From a phage, in assembly GCA_012401045.1 (NCBI GenBank), contig GCA_012401045.1_4704.1: DNA of 64,000 nt; one strand, 5' to 3'. Below are positions 1-9,908 of the stretch, piece by piece (positions within the stretch are counted from its first letter, which is position 1; every line of letters begins with the position of its first letter). A program made the position numbers and the translations under genes. The notes under the pieces were generated by a model. It saw only the letters and a program-made list of their open reading frames with translations. It searched no databases and was not told where the DNA came from.

Positions 1-30
1 CGCTTCGTCGAGGTAGGGGAGGATAACACT

Positions 31-1785
31 TTATGCCGCTACATACCCAGGCCAACGTTCTCTTGGCCAGTTTGTTGCGCCCTGTCCAACGTTGTCCTTA
101 CCAGAAGTTACATTACTTACATCCCAACCACTAAGATCCTGGTTAAATGCGGTGTTGTTACGCATCATGAGGTCGATATTACGTAATGATTGGGTATTCC
201 AGCCGGAAATGTCTTGGTTGAATGCCGTGTTGTAAGCAAACATGTTAACAACGTTTTGTAATTTTGAAGTGTTCCAGCCGCTAATATCGCCATTGAACTG
301 CATGCTCGAGAACATACTGCTAGCATCGATAAGACTATCTGTTTTCCAGTTAACCAGCTTGTTCTCATCAAGTGCGTTGCAACTACTGAACATGTAACTC
401 ATGTTGTTAACTTTGGATACATCCCATTTATCTAACCCGTTACCAACGAACTCGTAACAAGCTTGGAACATCCAGCTCATGTCGGTAACCTGGCTCACAT
501 TCCATTTGCTAAAGTCGAGGTTGAGTTTTGCGCATCCGGAGAAAGTTTTATACATACTGGTGATACGACTAACATCCCATTCTTGAATGTTAGGATCATT
601 AAGTATAGATAAGAATTGGAACAATCCGTCTAACGACGTCCATTTCTCTGGAATACGGTTTGGTACTGTACGGAGCGATGAAAGGTTATTGGTTGACGGA
701 GAGCGGAACATACCGTTATCCCAATTTACGATTTCCGTAATGTTGTACCCACGGATCGTTTGGCGTCCATTACCATTATACACAGACCCTGTTGCAGTTA
801 TTGTATATTCGTTTGTATCAGCATACGTATGTTCAGCCTGTGTAGGCCACTCACCTATTACATCCCTATTCCCATCACCCCAATCGATGGAAATATCTGT
901 CCAACCATCAAGATCTAGGGTAACGGTCCCGCCATTGGTCTTCAGGATGTATTTACCTGCATTGTCGGTATAATAACAAACGATCATCGCACCGTATAGG
1001 TTACCAATTTGCCAATCATCCTTTTCTGTTACCGCGATTTGCGCTGTACCACGTTGTAAGAAAAGCACCGTACGGTTGTCGTCAGTCTGTAACGCGGTTA
1101 ATGCTTGAGCTTTGTCGTCGCCGGTAATTTCACCAGCTTCCACTAAAGCATTTAACATCCTTTCGAAGTATTCGATGGGTAATTGACGCCCTACAGACAT
1201 ATCAACAGACGGTACAGCAAGATCACCCAATGCCGCAGTGGTAGCCAACGTCAATGAACCCTTGGTCATATCTGTTTCTTGGATGTAATGCAGTCCCGTA
1301 AGCTGGTACGCTTGAATAATAGTAATCAGGTCCAACGTATCGTTAACGACCTGTACTTGTAAATGCCCGGACCACACATAGCTGCTTTCGGCAATTGGTA
1401 GTTCGATTGACTGAATACCTGATGTTTCAAAGGTGATCTTCTTATTAAGATCGGTTTCCAGGAAATCAACCACGAGGTCGAAATTAATGCCGTACTTTTC
1501 AGCGATGGAATCTACGATATTTCTGAAAGCAACATCGGTGCTTACGATAAAACGTAACGGAATTCCTGTAAATGCATTAGCGATATCTCGACGAACATAT
1601 GTAAGCGATTGTTCGAAGAAATAGGGACTGTTATCTCCAGGCTTGATGGTTACCTGACATGCTTCAGGATGTTCGGCTGGGATGAACGATTCGAATTTAA
1701 CGTCGGACTCCTTCAACGAAAGCATGTTCTTCCGGTTTACCAACGCCAGAAGATCAGCTTTCCATTCAGGATAAACTGTAGACAT
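31..1785 (-). CDS. DUF285/BspA-like repeat protein, putative tail fibre or receptor-binding protein
   Basis: Track ORF 31..1803 trimmed to ATG at 1785 with GGAG RBS. C-terminal ~190 aa is tandem ~25-aa repeats (FNQDISGWNTS...V..M..MF) typical of DUF285/BspA-type repeats. N-terminal region is paralogous to 43948..45402 and 5436..6266. Confidence 0.6.
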   Translation of the reverse strand: MSTVYPEWKADLLALVNRKNMLSLKESDVKFESFIPAEHPEACQVTIKPGDNSPYFFEQSLTYVRRDIANAFTGIPLRFIVSTDVAFRNIVDSIAEKYGINFDLVVDFLETDLNKKITFETSGIQSIELPIAESSYVWSGHLQVQVVNDTLDLITIIQAYQLTGLHYIQETDMTKGSLTLATTAALGDLAVPSVDMSVGRQLPIEYFERMLNALVEAGEITGDDKAQALTALQTDDNRTVLFLQRGTAQIAVTEKDDWQIGNLYGAMIVCYYTDNAGKYILKTNGGTVTLDLDGWTDISIDWGDGNRDVIGEWPTQAEHTYADTNEYTITATGSVYNGNGRQTIRGYNITEIVNWDNGMFRSPSTNNLSSLRTVPNRIPEKWTSLDGLFQFLSILNDPNIQEWDVSRITSMYKTFSGCAKLNLDFSKWNVSQVTDMSWMFQACYEFVGNGLDKWDVSKVNNMSYMFSSCNALDENKLVNWKTDSLIDASSMFSSMQFNGDISGWNTSKLQNVVNMFAYNTAFNQDISGWNTQSLRNIDLMMRNNTAFNQDLSGWDVSNVTSGKDNVGQGATNWPRERWPGYVAA

Positions 1786-1803
1786 AAGCACTCCAAAATT
1801 CAT

Positions 1804-1820
1804 GGGGCGGTAACCGCCCC
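1804..1820 (-). promoter_or_regulatory. hairpin abutting the track start codon of the fibre-like gene
   Basis: Palindrome GGGGCGGTAACCGCCCC (7-bp stem) directly adjoining the track ATG at 1803 and 5 nt after the stop of the 1198-aa gene. Confidence 0.4.
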
Positions 1821-1825
1821 ATCGG

Positions 1826-4800
1826 TTAAATTGTCGGTTTTACATCACGTAATAAGGCAATATAATAGCCTAATCCTCGGAGGATCTCCCCACTCCAGAA
1901 ACCAAAATACATTCCGTCTCTGCCGAGATTAGCGCTATCTGGTGCGGGACTCCACCCACCATTCATTACGTCATCAACGGTGTAGCGGTTGATGTAGTTT
2001 TCAACGATTTCATTATAAACGTTAACGGCAACAGGATAGCCTTTATCGTTGGGATGCCCATACAACATCGCTAACGACGCACCCGCTAACCATAATCCTG
2101 CCATGTGACCAGTAAAGTCGTTCGGGATAAAGGCAGGGGGTTTATCCATCGGAAAATCCGTAGGAGATTGATAAGCGTTTTCCTGTTGATACGTAAACAA
2201 GAAATCAATCCAATGGCTGATGTAAGTGGTTAACTTCTCAGGGACAGCTAAACCACGATCAAGCAGTCCAGCATAAAGCCTCACCGCTGAAAAGAAAGCC
2301 CTCGGCTGATAACCAGACCATGCTGTCTGATCGCCGAAATGGTACATCGTAAAATCATTAACTTTTGATCCGCTTGGCGCATCCCAACGATCCCACACGT
2401 ACGCACTTGCTCCTGGCCCTAAAACCCCGAATTTCTGATAATACCACTGCTGCGAGTCATACCAGAAATTCACAACATTCTGAATCATGAGGTCACGTCG
2501 TTCAGCCGATACGTCCATATCCAGGAAGACCCATGGATGTTGGTAGCCGGGATAAGGCTGACCACGCCAACTGTCGAACGTCGGTGCGTTAGGGATATAG
2601 TTGTTAGAGAACGGAATAATACCCGGAGTATAAGGCAATGGATCCAGACGTTGGTTGACAATCGTGCAATCGCCAACACGTAATGTTCCCTCCGCCTCAA
2701 AGGTTGCTTTTAACGTAAACAGCATGGTATATCCGTCATCCGTGGTGTAAGTTGACGGCGGATTGTTGATGGCGTAGAGCTTAAATACCCCCTCAGCGAT
2801 ATCGCTGTCGTCAGGCAAGAACAGAATTTCAGTTGAACCGTCGCCCCACACAGGTGCGGAAGGTTTAGGGTCAGTATCAGCATGGCCAGGTTGATACCCT
2901 GAGAGCCTCCATCCGTTCGCCGAAAGCGTCAATGTATTTCTTGCTGTGGTGGCCGGTAGCATATACCACCATCGCCAACCATTTGCATCTTCTACACGAA
3001 CGTTGTAGTCAATCGACGCGAAATAACTGACCTGCCTTACGATCTGTTTTGCGGTTGGATTGAATTCAAATTGTCCGCCTGCCGCAGTAAGCTGCGCTTT
3101 TAGGAACAACCCATCCCAGGAATCTTCCACCGCTTCGCTGAATTCTGTTGTGATTGCGATATCGTCTTTCCAGCCGACTTTATCAGCCGATATCAACACC
3201 GAACCTGTAACAGCATCACCGGTTGGTGTTGAAGCTTCATCAACCGCGTCAGCAGGAATCAACGAGCCTATTTTGAAATCCCATCCTTTCGGTTCAGCGC
3301 TGGAAGGTAATACCAGCTTGTACGTTTTGGCGTTCGCTTCGGTTTTGTCCAAAGAAAGCGATAATGAGATTTCAACCGGAATTGCAACGCCTGCTGTATC
3401 TTTACCTCCGCAGGTTATACGAAGAATTGAATCACGATTGACGCGGAACGGGATGGCCTGCTGTTCAAGGTAAATTTGTGCTGAAGATGCTTGAATCACG
3501 ATCCAGCCATCGGTATCACGCGTGATTGTAAACGGTGCTTTCGATGGGTATGTATACGTGTAAGCGATACCGTCGGTGTCGTAACGATCGGTTCCTTTTA
3601 CCTGACGGAAGAACTTATCGTTGGCGTCAATACGGGTATATTCTTCAATCGTGAACAAAGATGCCTTGTACGCTTTCTGATAACGCTCCTGCTGCGTTAA
3701 ACGGTATAAGGTGTATGCTGCTTCACAAAACCACTGTTCGGCGTCTGACGCGTTTCCCATGTAGTCTCTGGTGACCGGTACCTGGATCGGTCGGTTATGC
3801 TGACATTCGTTTGTTTTAATAAGGTATCCGCCGTATTCAACAGGAACACGGGGTGCCCATGCAACCAAGTAAGAACCATTGACGGATCTATCTTTGAGTA
3901 CGATGGTACCTACTTCATCGTCGGTACACGCTTCAAGATCGTCCCCGTCAGCACTTACGTAACGTTTTGTGCGTAACGCAACTTTCTCGATAGGAAACAC
4001 CGTACCCTTTGTATCCCAGTCGATCGTCCCATCATCATTGGTTTTGAACACATCCGCGTTCAAATTCTGCCAGCCGAGTTTACCCTCATAGACCTGAACA
4101 ACAAGATCCGTGTACTCCCCGAACGTGGGCGCACCGTGTGTTATTTTTCCAATACCGTTGGTGAATGTAACCGCTGTGTCATGGAAACCACCGTGTGTCG
4201 GATAATCGTCTTTTGCAAGAGGATAATGGGCCAGCACGGGTTGTTTACCATTAACAATCCAGTTAGCGATCCAGCGTGCCGGTGTATCCGGTGGTTCAAG
4301 GCCCGCATAGAACGCTTTTATATACGCATCGAACGATGACTCTGCTAATGTGAGATAATGCGCTTTAAGCTTGCTATCATCCGTTGTATGACTGAATATA
4401 CCGGCACCCAGAATTAACAACGACTGTCCTTCTGTTGTTGCGTCACCATCCGGTTGTGCTTCTTGTCGTGTTGCTGCAATGAAATGGCGGTTGTTTACCA
4501 TGACCCCGCTTTCATTTAACACGTAATGATCGGTTTCTGGATTGGTAAACGTTCCTGTATTTCGGGTTAAGAAGCTTGCATGACCATAACCAACGAAATT
4601 AACCGGCGACGCTGTAATCACCCATTTACCGATAAGTTGAGCAACATCATTATAACGCTCGGATGATGTGATTTGTTTCACGTACCAGTCTTTACGGTTG
4701 AATGTCCAGAGCAAGAAGTAATAGGTGGTATCGATTTTCATCACTGGGAACGTCGGTGTTAACGGCTCCAGCGTTAAGTAGTTGCTCCAGTCGATTTGTC

Positions 4801-5422
4801 CGCCAACAACCGATGGGGTAATCTCTAATAACTGACACCATTCATAACGGTCTGGTACACTACTGGACGTTGTTGGTAAAGGTAACTTGTATACACCAGT
4901 ACGATTCAGATTGAGTGCTTTTCTAGCCGATCCTAAATCAACATAAATGCTCGATGATGCGCTTGCACTATATGCCCCCAAAGCACCCAGCGTTGACCGA
5001 TACATTGAGATGAACAACGTATCTTTCCAATACGGATTATCCGTAACAGGCTCAAGTGCAATTTGTGCGGAGATGCTGTTCCATGTCCCTAACTGGTATG
5101 TCGCATTTAAAGATTCTTCCGTGAAATAACTTTCTGCAATCGCCAGATGGAACTGCTCGTTCAATAATGCGAGTGCCGCGCGACCAGTAACATCCTCATT
5201 ACCGGTTTCTTTTTTCATGATCGCGCCGAACGGAAACAGTGTCGCGAATGACCGTTTTGGTTTATTAACCGTAACCGTCCCCGTGTAGTTTCCAACACCA
5301 TCAAGTTTTTGACTATCGCCAACAGCAGTGACTGCGATACCATCAGCCGGGATATTTGTTTTATTTAGTATATTGAGTTGGTCAACCAGATCCTGCTTAT
5401 CGTCAGGTAAGAATGTCGCCAT
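1826..5422 (-). CDS. large hypothetical protein (1198 aa), possibly virion or fibre associated
   Basis: Long uninterrupted ORF with strong RBS (AAGGTGGAG) before ATG; sits between two fibre-like paralogues. No motif recognised. Confidence 0.5.
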   Translation of the reverse strand: MATFLPDDKQDLVDQLNILNKTNIPADGIAVTAVGDSQKLDGVGNYTGTVTVNKPKRSFATLFPFGAIMKKETGNEDVTGRAALALLNEQFHLAIAESYFTEESLNATYQLGTWNSISAQIALEPVTDNPYWKDTLFISMYRSTLGALGAYSASASSSIYVDLGSARKALNLNRTGVYKLPLPTTSSSVPDRYEWCQLLEITPSVVGGQIDWSNYLTLEPLTPTFPVMKIDTTYYFLLWTFNRKDWYVKQITSSERYNDVAQLIGKWVITASPVNFVGYGHASFLTRNTGTFTNPETDHYVLNESGVMVNNRHFIAATRQEAQPDGDATTEGQSLLILGAGIFSHTTDDSKLKAHYLTLAESSFDAYIKAFYAGLEPPDTPARWIANWIVNGKQPVLAHYPLAKDDYPTHGGFHDTAVTFTNGIGKITHGAPTFGEYTDLVVQVYEGKLGWQNLNADVFKTNDDGTIDWDTKGTVFPIEKVALRTKRYVSADGDDLEACTDDEVGTIVLKDRSVNGSYLVAWAPRVPVEYGGYLIKTNECQHNRPIQVPVTRDYMGNASDAEQWFCEAAYTLYRLTQQERYQKAYKASLFTIEEYTRIDANDKFFRQVKGTDRYDTDGIAYTYTYPSKAPFTITRDTDGWIVIQASSAQIYLEQQAIPFRVNRDSILRITCGGKDTAGVAIPVEISLSLSLDKTEANAKTYKLVLPSSAEPKGWDFKIGSLIPADAVDEASTPTGDAVTGSVLISADKVGWKDDIAITTEFSEAVEDSWDGLFLKAQLTAAGGQFEFNPTAKQIVRQVSYFASIDYNVRVEDANGWRWWYMLPATTARNTLTLSANGWRLSGYQPGHADTDPKPSAPVWGDGSTEILFLPDDSDIAEGVFKLYAINNPPSTYTTDDGYTMLFTLKATFEAEGTLRVGDCTIVNQRLDPLPYTPGIIPFSNNYIPNAPTFDSWRGQPYPGYQHPWVFLDMDVSAERRDLMIQNVVNFWYDSQQWYYQKFGVLGPGASAYVWDRWDAPSGSKVNDFTMYHFGDQTAWSGYQPRAFFSAVRLYAGLLDRGLAVPEKLTTYISHWIDFLFTYQQENAYQSPTDFPMDKPPAFIPNDFTGHMAGLWLAGASLAMLYGHPNDKGYPVAVNVYNEIVENYINRYTVDDVMNGGWSPAPDSANLGRDGMYFGFWSGEILRGLGYYIALLRDVKPTI

Positions 5423-5435
5423 TATTTACTCCACC

Positions 5436-6266
5436 TTAATCGTAACTAAAATAAAGTTTGCTGCTGACGCCGCTATCGGAATGAGGTTTTAATACCAGAA
5501 CAGAGCTTCCGAACGACGGAAGTATTGGAACGTTTAAATCGTTTGCGTCGGCAACTTTTCCATTATAAACGACACTGGCTGTAGTGATGAGTTCCCAAGC
5601 TAAGGTATAACTCATTGAAATCAGCGATGAGGCTAAACGGAATGCGTTGTATCCTTCGGGGGTATCTCCAACCGACATCGAACGTATCGCATCTTGCGGC
5701 GGTAAATTTAGCTTGATGCCGTAGGTACTGAAAGTATGGAAATCCCCTTGTTTACTATCTTCTGGATAATGCGAGGTTAGCGGTTCTCGCACCGTAATCA
5801 GTTCGCTAATATCGGTACTTACCGCTTTTCGAGCGAGGAATTGAAACGTACCGTACCACGATGCTGATGCATCAGAATGAACGGGAACAGCTATGGTTTT
5901 CTCGTCGCTTTCAAATTTAACCTGTGACACTAACGCTGAAGCATCAAAGATCGTTAAATCGATCTTCAACCCATACTTCTTAAACAGCTGCGTTAAGCAG
6001 TCTGCTGTCGTCGTTTTATCAGCAACGACAATAAAAGGTTGGTGTTTGATAAAGAGCTTGTTAATATCGCGACGTTGAAGATAAACCTGTACGGGGTCTT
6101 CGATATAGTAAGCCGATTGTGGTGTGGGGACTATAGAAAGGCGTAACCGACCTGATGCACCATACCAGGCTGGCGTTAACGTAACGTCTGACAGAGACAA
6201 CGGATGCTGGAGATAGGCGTTTATTTTAGATAACACTTCCTCCTGCCATGATGCTTCAGGATACAT
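5436..6266 (-). CDS. hypothetical protein sharing N-terminal domain with the DUF285 fibre-like proteins
   Basis: GAGGT RBS before ATG at 6266. Segment YLQRRDINKLF...KYGLKIDL aligns by eye with YVRRDIANAF...KYGINFDL of 31..1785 and YIRRDIAKNF...RYGLVFD of 43948..45402. Confidence 0.5.
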   Translation of the reverse strand: MYPEASWQEEVLSKINAYLQHPLSLSDVTLTPAWYGASGRLRLSIVPTPQSAYYIEDPVQVYLQRRDINKLFIKHQPFIVVADKTTTADCLTQLFKKYGLKIDLTIFDASALVSQVKFESDEKTIAVPVHSDASASWYGTFQFLARKAVSTDISELITVREPLTSHYPEDSKQGDFHTFSTYGIKLNLPPQDAIRSMSVGDTPEGYNAFRLASSLISMSYTLAWELITTASVVYNGKVADANDLNVPILPSFGSSVLVLKPHSDSGVSSKLYFSYD

Positions 6267-6319
6267 GCTGACCTCATAGATGATCGTTGATAGGAAAGAA
6301 ACCTAATTCATACCATGGG

Positions 6320-6383
6320 AGCCTCAAAAAAAAAAAACGAAAAAATAGGAAAACGGCGTTCATCCCTAAAAAGGATGAACGCC
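6320..6383 (-). terminator. intrinsic terminator (minus-strand sense)
   Basis: Perfect 11-bp stem 6355-6365/6373-6383 (GGCGTTCATCC...GGATGAACGCC), followed on the minus strand by a long T-run (A12 on plus strand at 6326-6337). Confidence 0.75.
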
Positions 6384-6404
6384 GCGTACCGTTATATCGA
6401 ACGA

Positions 6405-6983
6405 TTAATGAGGAATCAGATCGTTAAGCTTTTCTTCTTCGATGACGAAGAAGTTGTTCTGGTCGTCTAAATCTGTTAACAGGACTTGTCCGACAGTAAA
6501 GCACATGCCACCCTTCTTAGGCATCCATACCGGCTCATTCGTTACCTTATCGGGATACCATTTGAAACGATTGGTATCTAAGAAGAACGCTGCTTTGTTC
6601 GCTTTATCGGTTGATCGGTAGCTTACTAACGCTGGCCACTCAATCCAGGTATTTGTGCATGGCACATGTAGAGGATACCAGGCACGCCAGCGTTTGCCTG
6701 GCCTGTTAGGATCAACCCAATACTCGGCAGTCAATACAGCATCTTTATAGTGTTTCTGCATTAACATTTCGAGCACAAGCTCATTTCCTTTTGATGCATC
6801 TAAAGTCACTTCAGTCATATAAAGAGATTTAGGTAATCCAGACTGTTTTGCGGTTGGTGTTACAACACCGGTGACCAGCGGTCTGCTCGGTTTACGTTTC
6901 TGTTCTTTCCGACGTGTGTAAAAGAATAGTCCGATAGCTACGGCAACAAGTATAATAAACAACACTACCTTAATCCAATTCAT
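6405..6983 (-). CDS. membrane-anchored hypothetical protein
   Basis: N-terminal hydrophobic helix (VVLFIILVAVAIGLFFY) followed by a basic stretch; stop is followed by a hairpin terminator. Confidence 0.5.
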   Translation of the reverse strand: MNWIKVVLFIILVAVAIGLFFYTRRKEQKRKPSRPLVTGVVTPTAKQSGLPKSLYMTEVTLDASKGNELVLEMLMQKHYKDAVLTAEYWVDPNRPGKRWRAWYPLHVPCTNTWIEWPALVSYRSTDKANKAAFFLDTNRFKWYPDKVTNEPVWMPKKGGMCFTVGQVLLTDLDDQNNFFVIEEEKLNDLIPH

Positions 6984-7747
6984 TCGTCAATATCTCCTTC
7001 TACAAACAGAGTCAATTTGATTTCAGGGTCATAGAACATGGTAATCACACCATCTTGCTCTACTGAACGCTGCGCTGTCCATATTAACTGTTCATCCCGA
7101 ATATCAAATTTATGCCGCTCATCACTCACCACAGCTTCTGCGTCGACGTAATGGTAAACATCACCGAGAGGATTCTCAATCCAGCCGCGTACCATCAAAC
7201 GTTCTTTTTGTTTACGTGTAAAGAAGCGATAAGGATCTTCGCATGTGCGCCACACATCCCCGTTCTCGTTAACCAGTTCATCATAAACTTTAGAGAGTTC
7301 GTCAGGTACCGGAATCAAAATGTTATCCTGATAGTTCGACCAGAAACGACGTACATCTTGGATCAACTCATCGTCTGGGAGTTTAGTCGCTGTGTTACTA
7401 TAATCGATTTCAACAGTATCGATATCAAGACGGGTAAACGGAAGAGCGTCTAGGTTTCCCACCACGACCTCGATACCGTCATGATGAACACGAATCCATC
7501 CATCGAACCATCTGTACCCATCAGCTTGATATAACGTTGTGTGATAAGTGACGACGTTAATGTCCTCGAACGATTCTAATAAGGCTTTAGCTGCTAAAAG
7601 CGGCGAAAAGTTCTTTGATTGTCCTGGTTTACGTATTTCTTCTTTGATGAACAATTTACCAAGAGCTGGGTGTTCGATAACAAAACCACAGGAGAGCATG
7701 ATGCTTCCTTGATAACGTGCTTCTTGCATTTTCCATTCCTCAAACAA
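6980..7747 (-). CDS. hypothetical protein
   Basis: 255-aa ORF whose stop overlaps the start of 6405..6983 (ATGA-type coupling). Confidence 0.5.
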   Translation of the reverse strand: MFEEWKMQEARYQGSIMLSCGFVIEHPALGKLFIKEEIRKPGQSKNFSPLLAAKALLESFEDINVVTYHTTLYQADGYRWFDGWIRVHHDGIEVVVGNLDALPFTRLDIDTVEIDYSNTATKLPDDELIQDVRRFWSNYQDNILIPVPDELSKVYDELVNENGDVWRTCEDPYRFFTRKQKERLMVRGWIENPLGDVYHYVDAEAVVSDERHKFDIRDEQLIWTAQRSVEQDGVITMFYDPEIKLTLFVEGDIDE

Positions 7748-7905
7748 ATGTGTGTCTTTTACGCGACATGATTACTAGTACACAGGTTACTGGATTTCTG
7801 TAAAAGTTAATTTTCGTAAACTAAAAGAAAATGTATCCGTGTTTCCTGGTTCTTCCCCTCCACAGCCTCAGGAAGAGAAGAACCGTTTACTAAGTTGTTA
7901 TGTAA

Positions 7906-8154
7906 TTAAAATGCGTTGATTGGATTGTTCAGCGCTTTATCGCGAATTTGAATCGCTGCCAGCATTGCTTTCTGATACGAATCATAGGCATCGACAGAAA
8001 CCGTCATATCAACCAATTTCTCTAATACGGATTCAGCCGCTTTTACGCGGATGCGGAACTTGGTGATGACGTTATCTTTGTTACGGTAAACCGTGATGTG
8101 GTGCAGCGGCTGGACATTCGTTTTAACGGATTTAGTTGCTTTGATCGTTTTCAT
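7906..8154 (-). CDS. hypothetical small protein
   Basis: 82-aa ORF in the same orientation as neighbours; no motif recognised. Confidence 0.4.
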   Translation of the reverse strand: MKTIKATKSVKTNVQPLHHITVYRNKDNVITKFRIRVKAAESVLEKLVDMTVSVDAYDSYQKAMLAAIQIRDKALNNPINAF

Positions 8155-8194
8155 GATGATTTCCTTCTTTATTAGGATGATTACGTTTAGTCAG

Positions 8195-8233
8195 TTTAAC
8201 GGCATAAACCCTTCCTGCGTAAGGCAGGAAGGG
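8195..8233 (-). terminator. hairpin terminator
   Basis: Perfect 10-bp stem CCCTTCCTGC/GCAGGAAGGG at 8209-8233 with T-rich flanks on both strands. Confidence 0.5.
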
Positions 8234-8247
8234 CATACGGATTTGTT

Positions 8248-8745
8248 TTACGTGTGTCGTCGTTTACCAAAGAAAATGTGGCTGTCTACCACGGTGATAT
8301 TGGTAGCATGTTTTCTGAAATGCTTAGGGCGAAGATGTTTCGCGTTAAAGAATACGGCTCCTCGTGTTGGGTCGGCTTTATGGTAAGCCGCAATGTCAGT
8401 ATAACGTAATGTTGCGACCTCTCGTGCTATTGCTCTTGCTCGCTCAAAAGCAGCATGATCGCGTATGACAATACGCCTTTGTTTTGTCCAGGGGAATTGA
8501 CCTCTCTGCAGTACGACGTCTTTGACGTTAGTAGGGAATCGGTAGTCCATAGATCGATTATGTATTAAAAACGCCACGGAGTATTGCCCTTTTACAGATT
8601 CGCCTCTGGCTTCCATATACACAGCGCATGCGACGATCTCTTTCCGGCAATCGATTCTAGGTCCTGCGTTCACCGATGCTTGACTGAACGGTGCGATAAG
8701 CAACATAACAAGCCCTAAAACCAACGTGTGTAAAATACCTTGCAT
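8248..8745 (-). CDS. secreted cell-wall hydrolase, SleB/CwlJ family (putative endolysin)
   Basis: N-terminal signal peptide (LVLGLVMLLIAPFSQA) followed by CAVYMEARGE, matching the hallmark CLA..Y.EARGE motif of the SleB/CwlJ hydrolase family. Confidence 0.6.
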   Translation of the reverse strand: MQGILHTLVLGLVMLLIAPFSQASVNAGPRIDCRKEIVACAVYMEARGESVKGQYSVAFLIHNRSMDYRFPTNVKDVVLQRGQFPWTKQRRIVIRDHAAFERARAIAREVATLRYTDIAAYHKADPTRGAVFFNAKHLRPKHFRKHATNITVVDSHIFFGKRRHT

Positions 8746-8997
8746 CTTAATAACCTCACGATAAGGTGCTGTCCACTGGCGTCTTGATAACGCATCCCGT
8801 CATCGGGTTGTTCTATTCAGCGGGCAGCAGGTTAGCGTCAGATGTTTGCCCGACATCCACGACAGAAATAAACGGTACTGAAATTACGGTCTCCTCTGGT
8901 TTGGCAATAAACATAACGTTGGATAACAGAACCCATTTCCCGCATCCAACGCGGTAAAGGTGTACATCGTTTGAATTCATATAGTTTCTCAAAGATG

Positions 8998-9309
8998 TTA
9001 ACCTCTACCGTCAAGCCATAGGTTGTATTTATCCCGAACATACGGATCGCGATAAATACGTCGATATACTTGATGTGGTATAAACTCGCAATGTACGAGT
9101 TCGTCGCTTAATTTATGGCGTCGCTCCATACCGTTGTGAATACGACGTATCTCCCGGATATTAAAGGTTGTTTTATTCAAGAGAATAGACATAATGGCAG
9201 ATCGATGATCCAGATTAAAGATCGCCATCACGCTTCGTATCTCGCGTAAAACAACTTCTCTATCGACAAGGATGCGATTAGTTAACTTAAGATTCTCCGT
9301 GATACCCAT
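8998..9309 (-). CDS. hypothetical protein
   Basis: Track ORF 8998..9402 trimmed to ATG at 9309 with GAGGAAG RBS, which removes most of the overlap with the upstream gene. Confidence 0.35.
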   Translation of the reverse strand: MGITENLKLTNRILVDREVVLREIRSVMAIFNLDHRSAIMSILLNKTTFNIREIRRIHNGMERRHKLSDELVHCEFIPHQVYRRIYRDPYVRDKYNLWLDGRG

Positions 9310-9658
9310 AACCTTCTTCCTCGACACGTCGACACATCGGTAAAAATAAACACCAGCTTGTTGCACTGAGGATCGCCGTTGCGATGATATTTGCGATATC
9401 ACTCAATCGAGCATCGGCTTGCCACATAACAAGCATGAAAAGAACGTACGCGAACCCATACACGACAAACCGTCTGATGTTACGCGTCGACCACGTACAA
9501 ATATACAAAAGGGGAAGCTGCCCTATAACACAAACGATGGTTCGGATAACGTAATAAACGCGTTCCGTCGTTGTTTCAAAATCGATATTCGTTGCAGAAA
9601 TCCCAATCATTATAAAAGTGAAAATGAAATAGATTTTTGCGTATGTCTTTAAACTCAT
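9287..9658 (-). CDS. multi-pass membrane protein (lysis cassette candidate)
   Basis: 123 aa with 3-4 hydrophobic segments; adjacent to the holin-like ORF and near the hydrolase. Confidence 0.4.
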   Translation of the reverse strand: MSLKTYAKIYFIFTFIMIGISATNIDFETTTERVYYVIRTIVCVIGQLPLLYICTWSTRNIRRFVVYGFAYVLFMLVMWQADARLSDIANIIATAILSATSWCLFLPMCRRVEEEGYGYHGES

Positions 9659-9674
9659 GGCTTTTCCCGATCGT

Positions 9675-9908
9675 TTATTTGTGTTTTCCTACATTCCTCA
9701 ACAAGGTAACGATAACGAATACCGCTATCATCAAGAAGACGAACCATAACCCTACGTTAATTCGGGCAGCAGGTTCATCGACCATGAAGAACATCATCCC
9801 ACAAAACCCAATGACCATCCATGCTAGAACCATCCCCGTTAATCCCCGTAGTAGCATATGTCCCATCATGAACTCCTTCTTACTTTTTCTGATAAAGCGA
9901 TGATTCAA
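9675..9908 (-). CDS. small two-helix membrane protein, holin-like
   Basis: 77 aa with two hydrophobic helices and a charged C-terminus (RNVGKHK); position upstream of the hydrolase. Confidence 0.4.
   Translation of the reverse strand: MNHRFIRKSKKEFMMGHMLLRGLTGMVLAWMVIGFCGMMFFMVDEPAARINVGLWFVFLMIAVFVIVTLLRNVGKHK

Noticed and set aside
587-973. Plus-strand ORFs nested inside long minus-strand genes (e.g. 587..973, 3060..3473, 19768..20088, 47524..47823, 58351..58836).
   Set aside because: They lie antisense to long, motif-supported minus-strand genes, lack ribosome-binding sites and recognisable motifs, and most are under 140 aa; treated as chance antisense ORFs.
6326-6337. A12 homopolymer as a possible phase-variation tract.
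   Set aside because: It is intergenic and forms the U-tract of a minus-strand intrinsic terminator next to a perfect 11-bp hairpin.
7748-7905. 158-bp AT-rich intergenic region checked for a tRNA gene or replication origin.
   Set aside because: No cloverleaf-compatible arrangement or T-loop-like GTTCRA motif, and no iterated repeats; only an imperfect hairpin without a clear U-tract.
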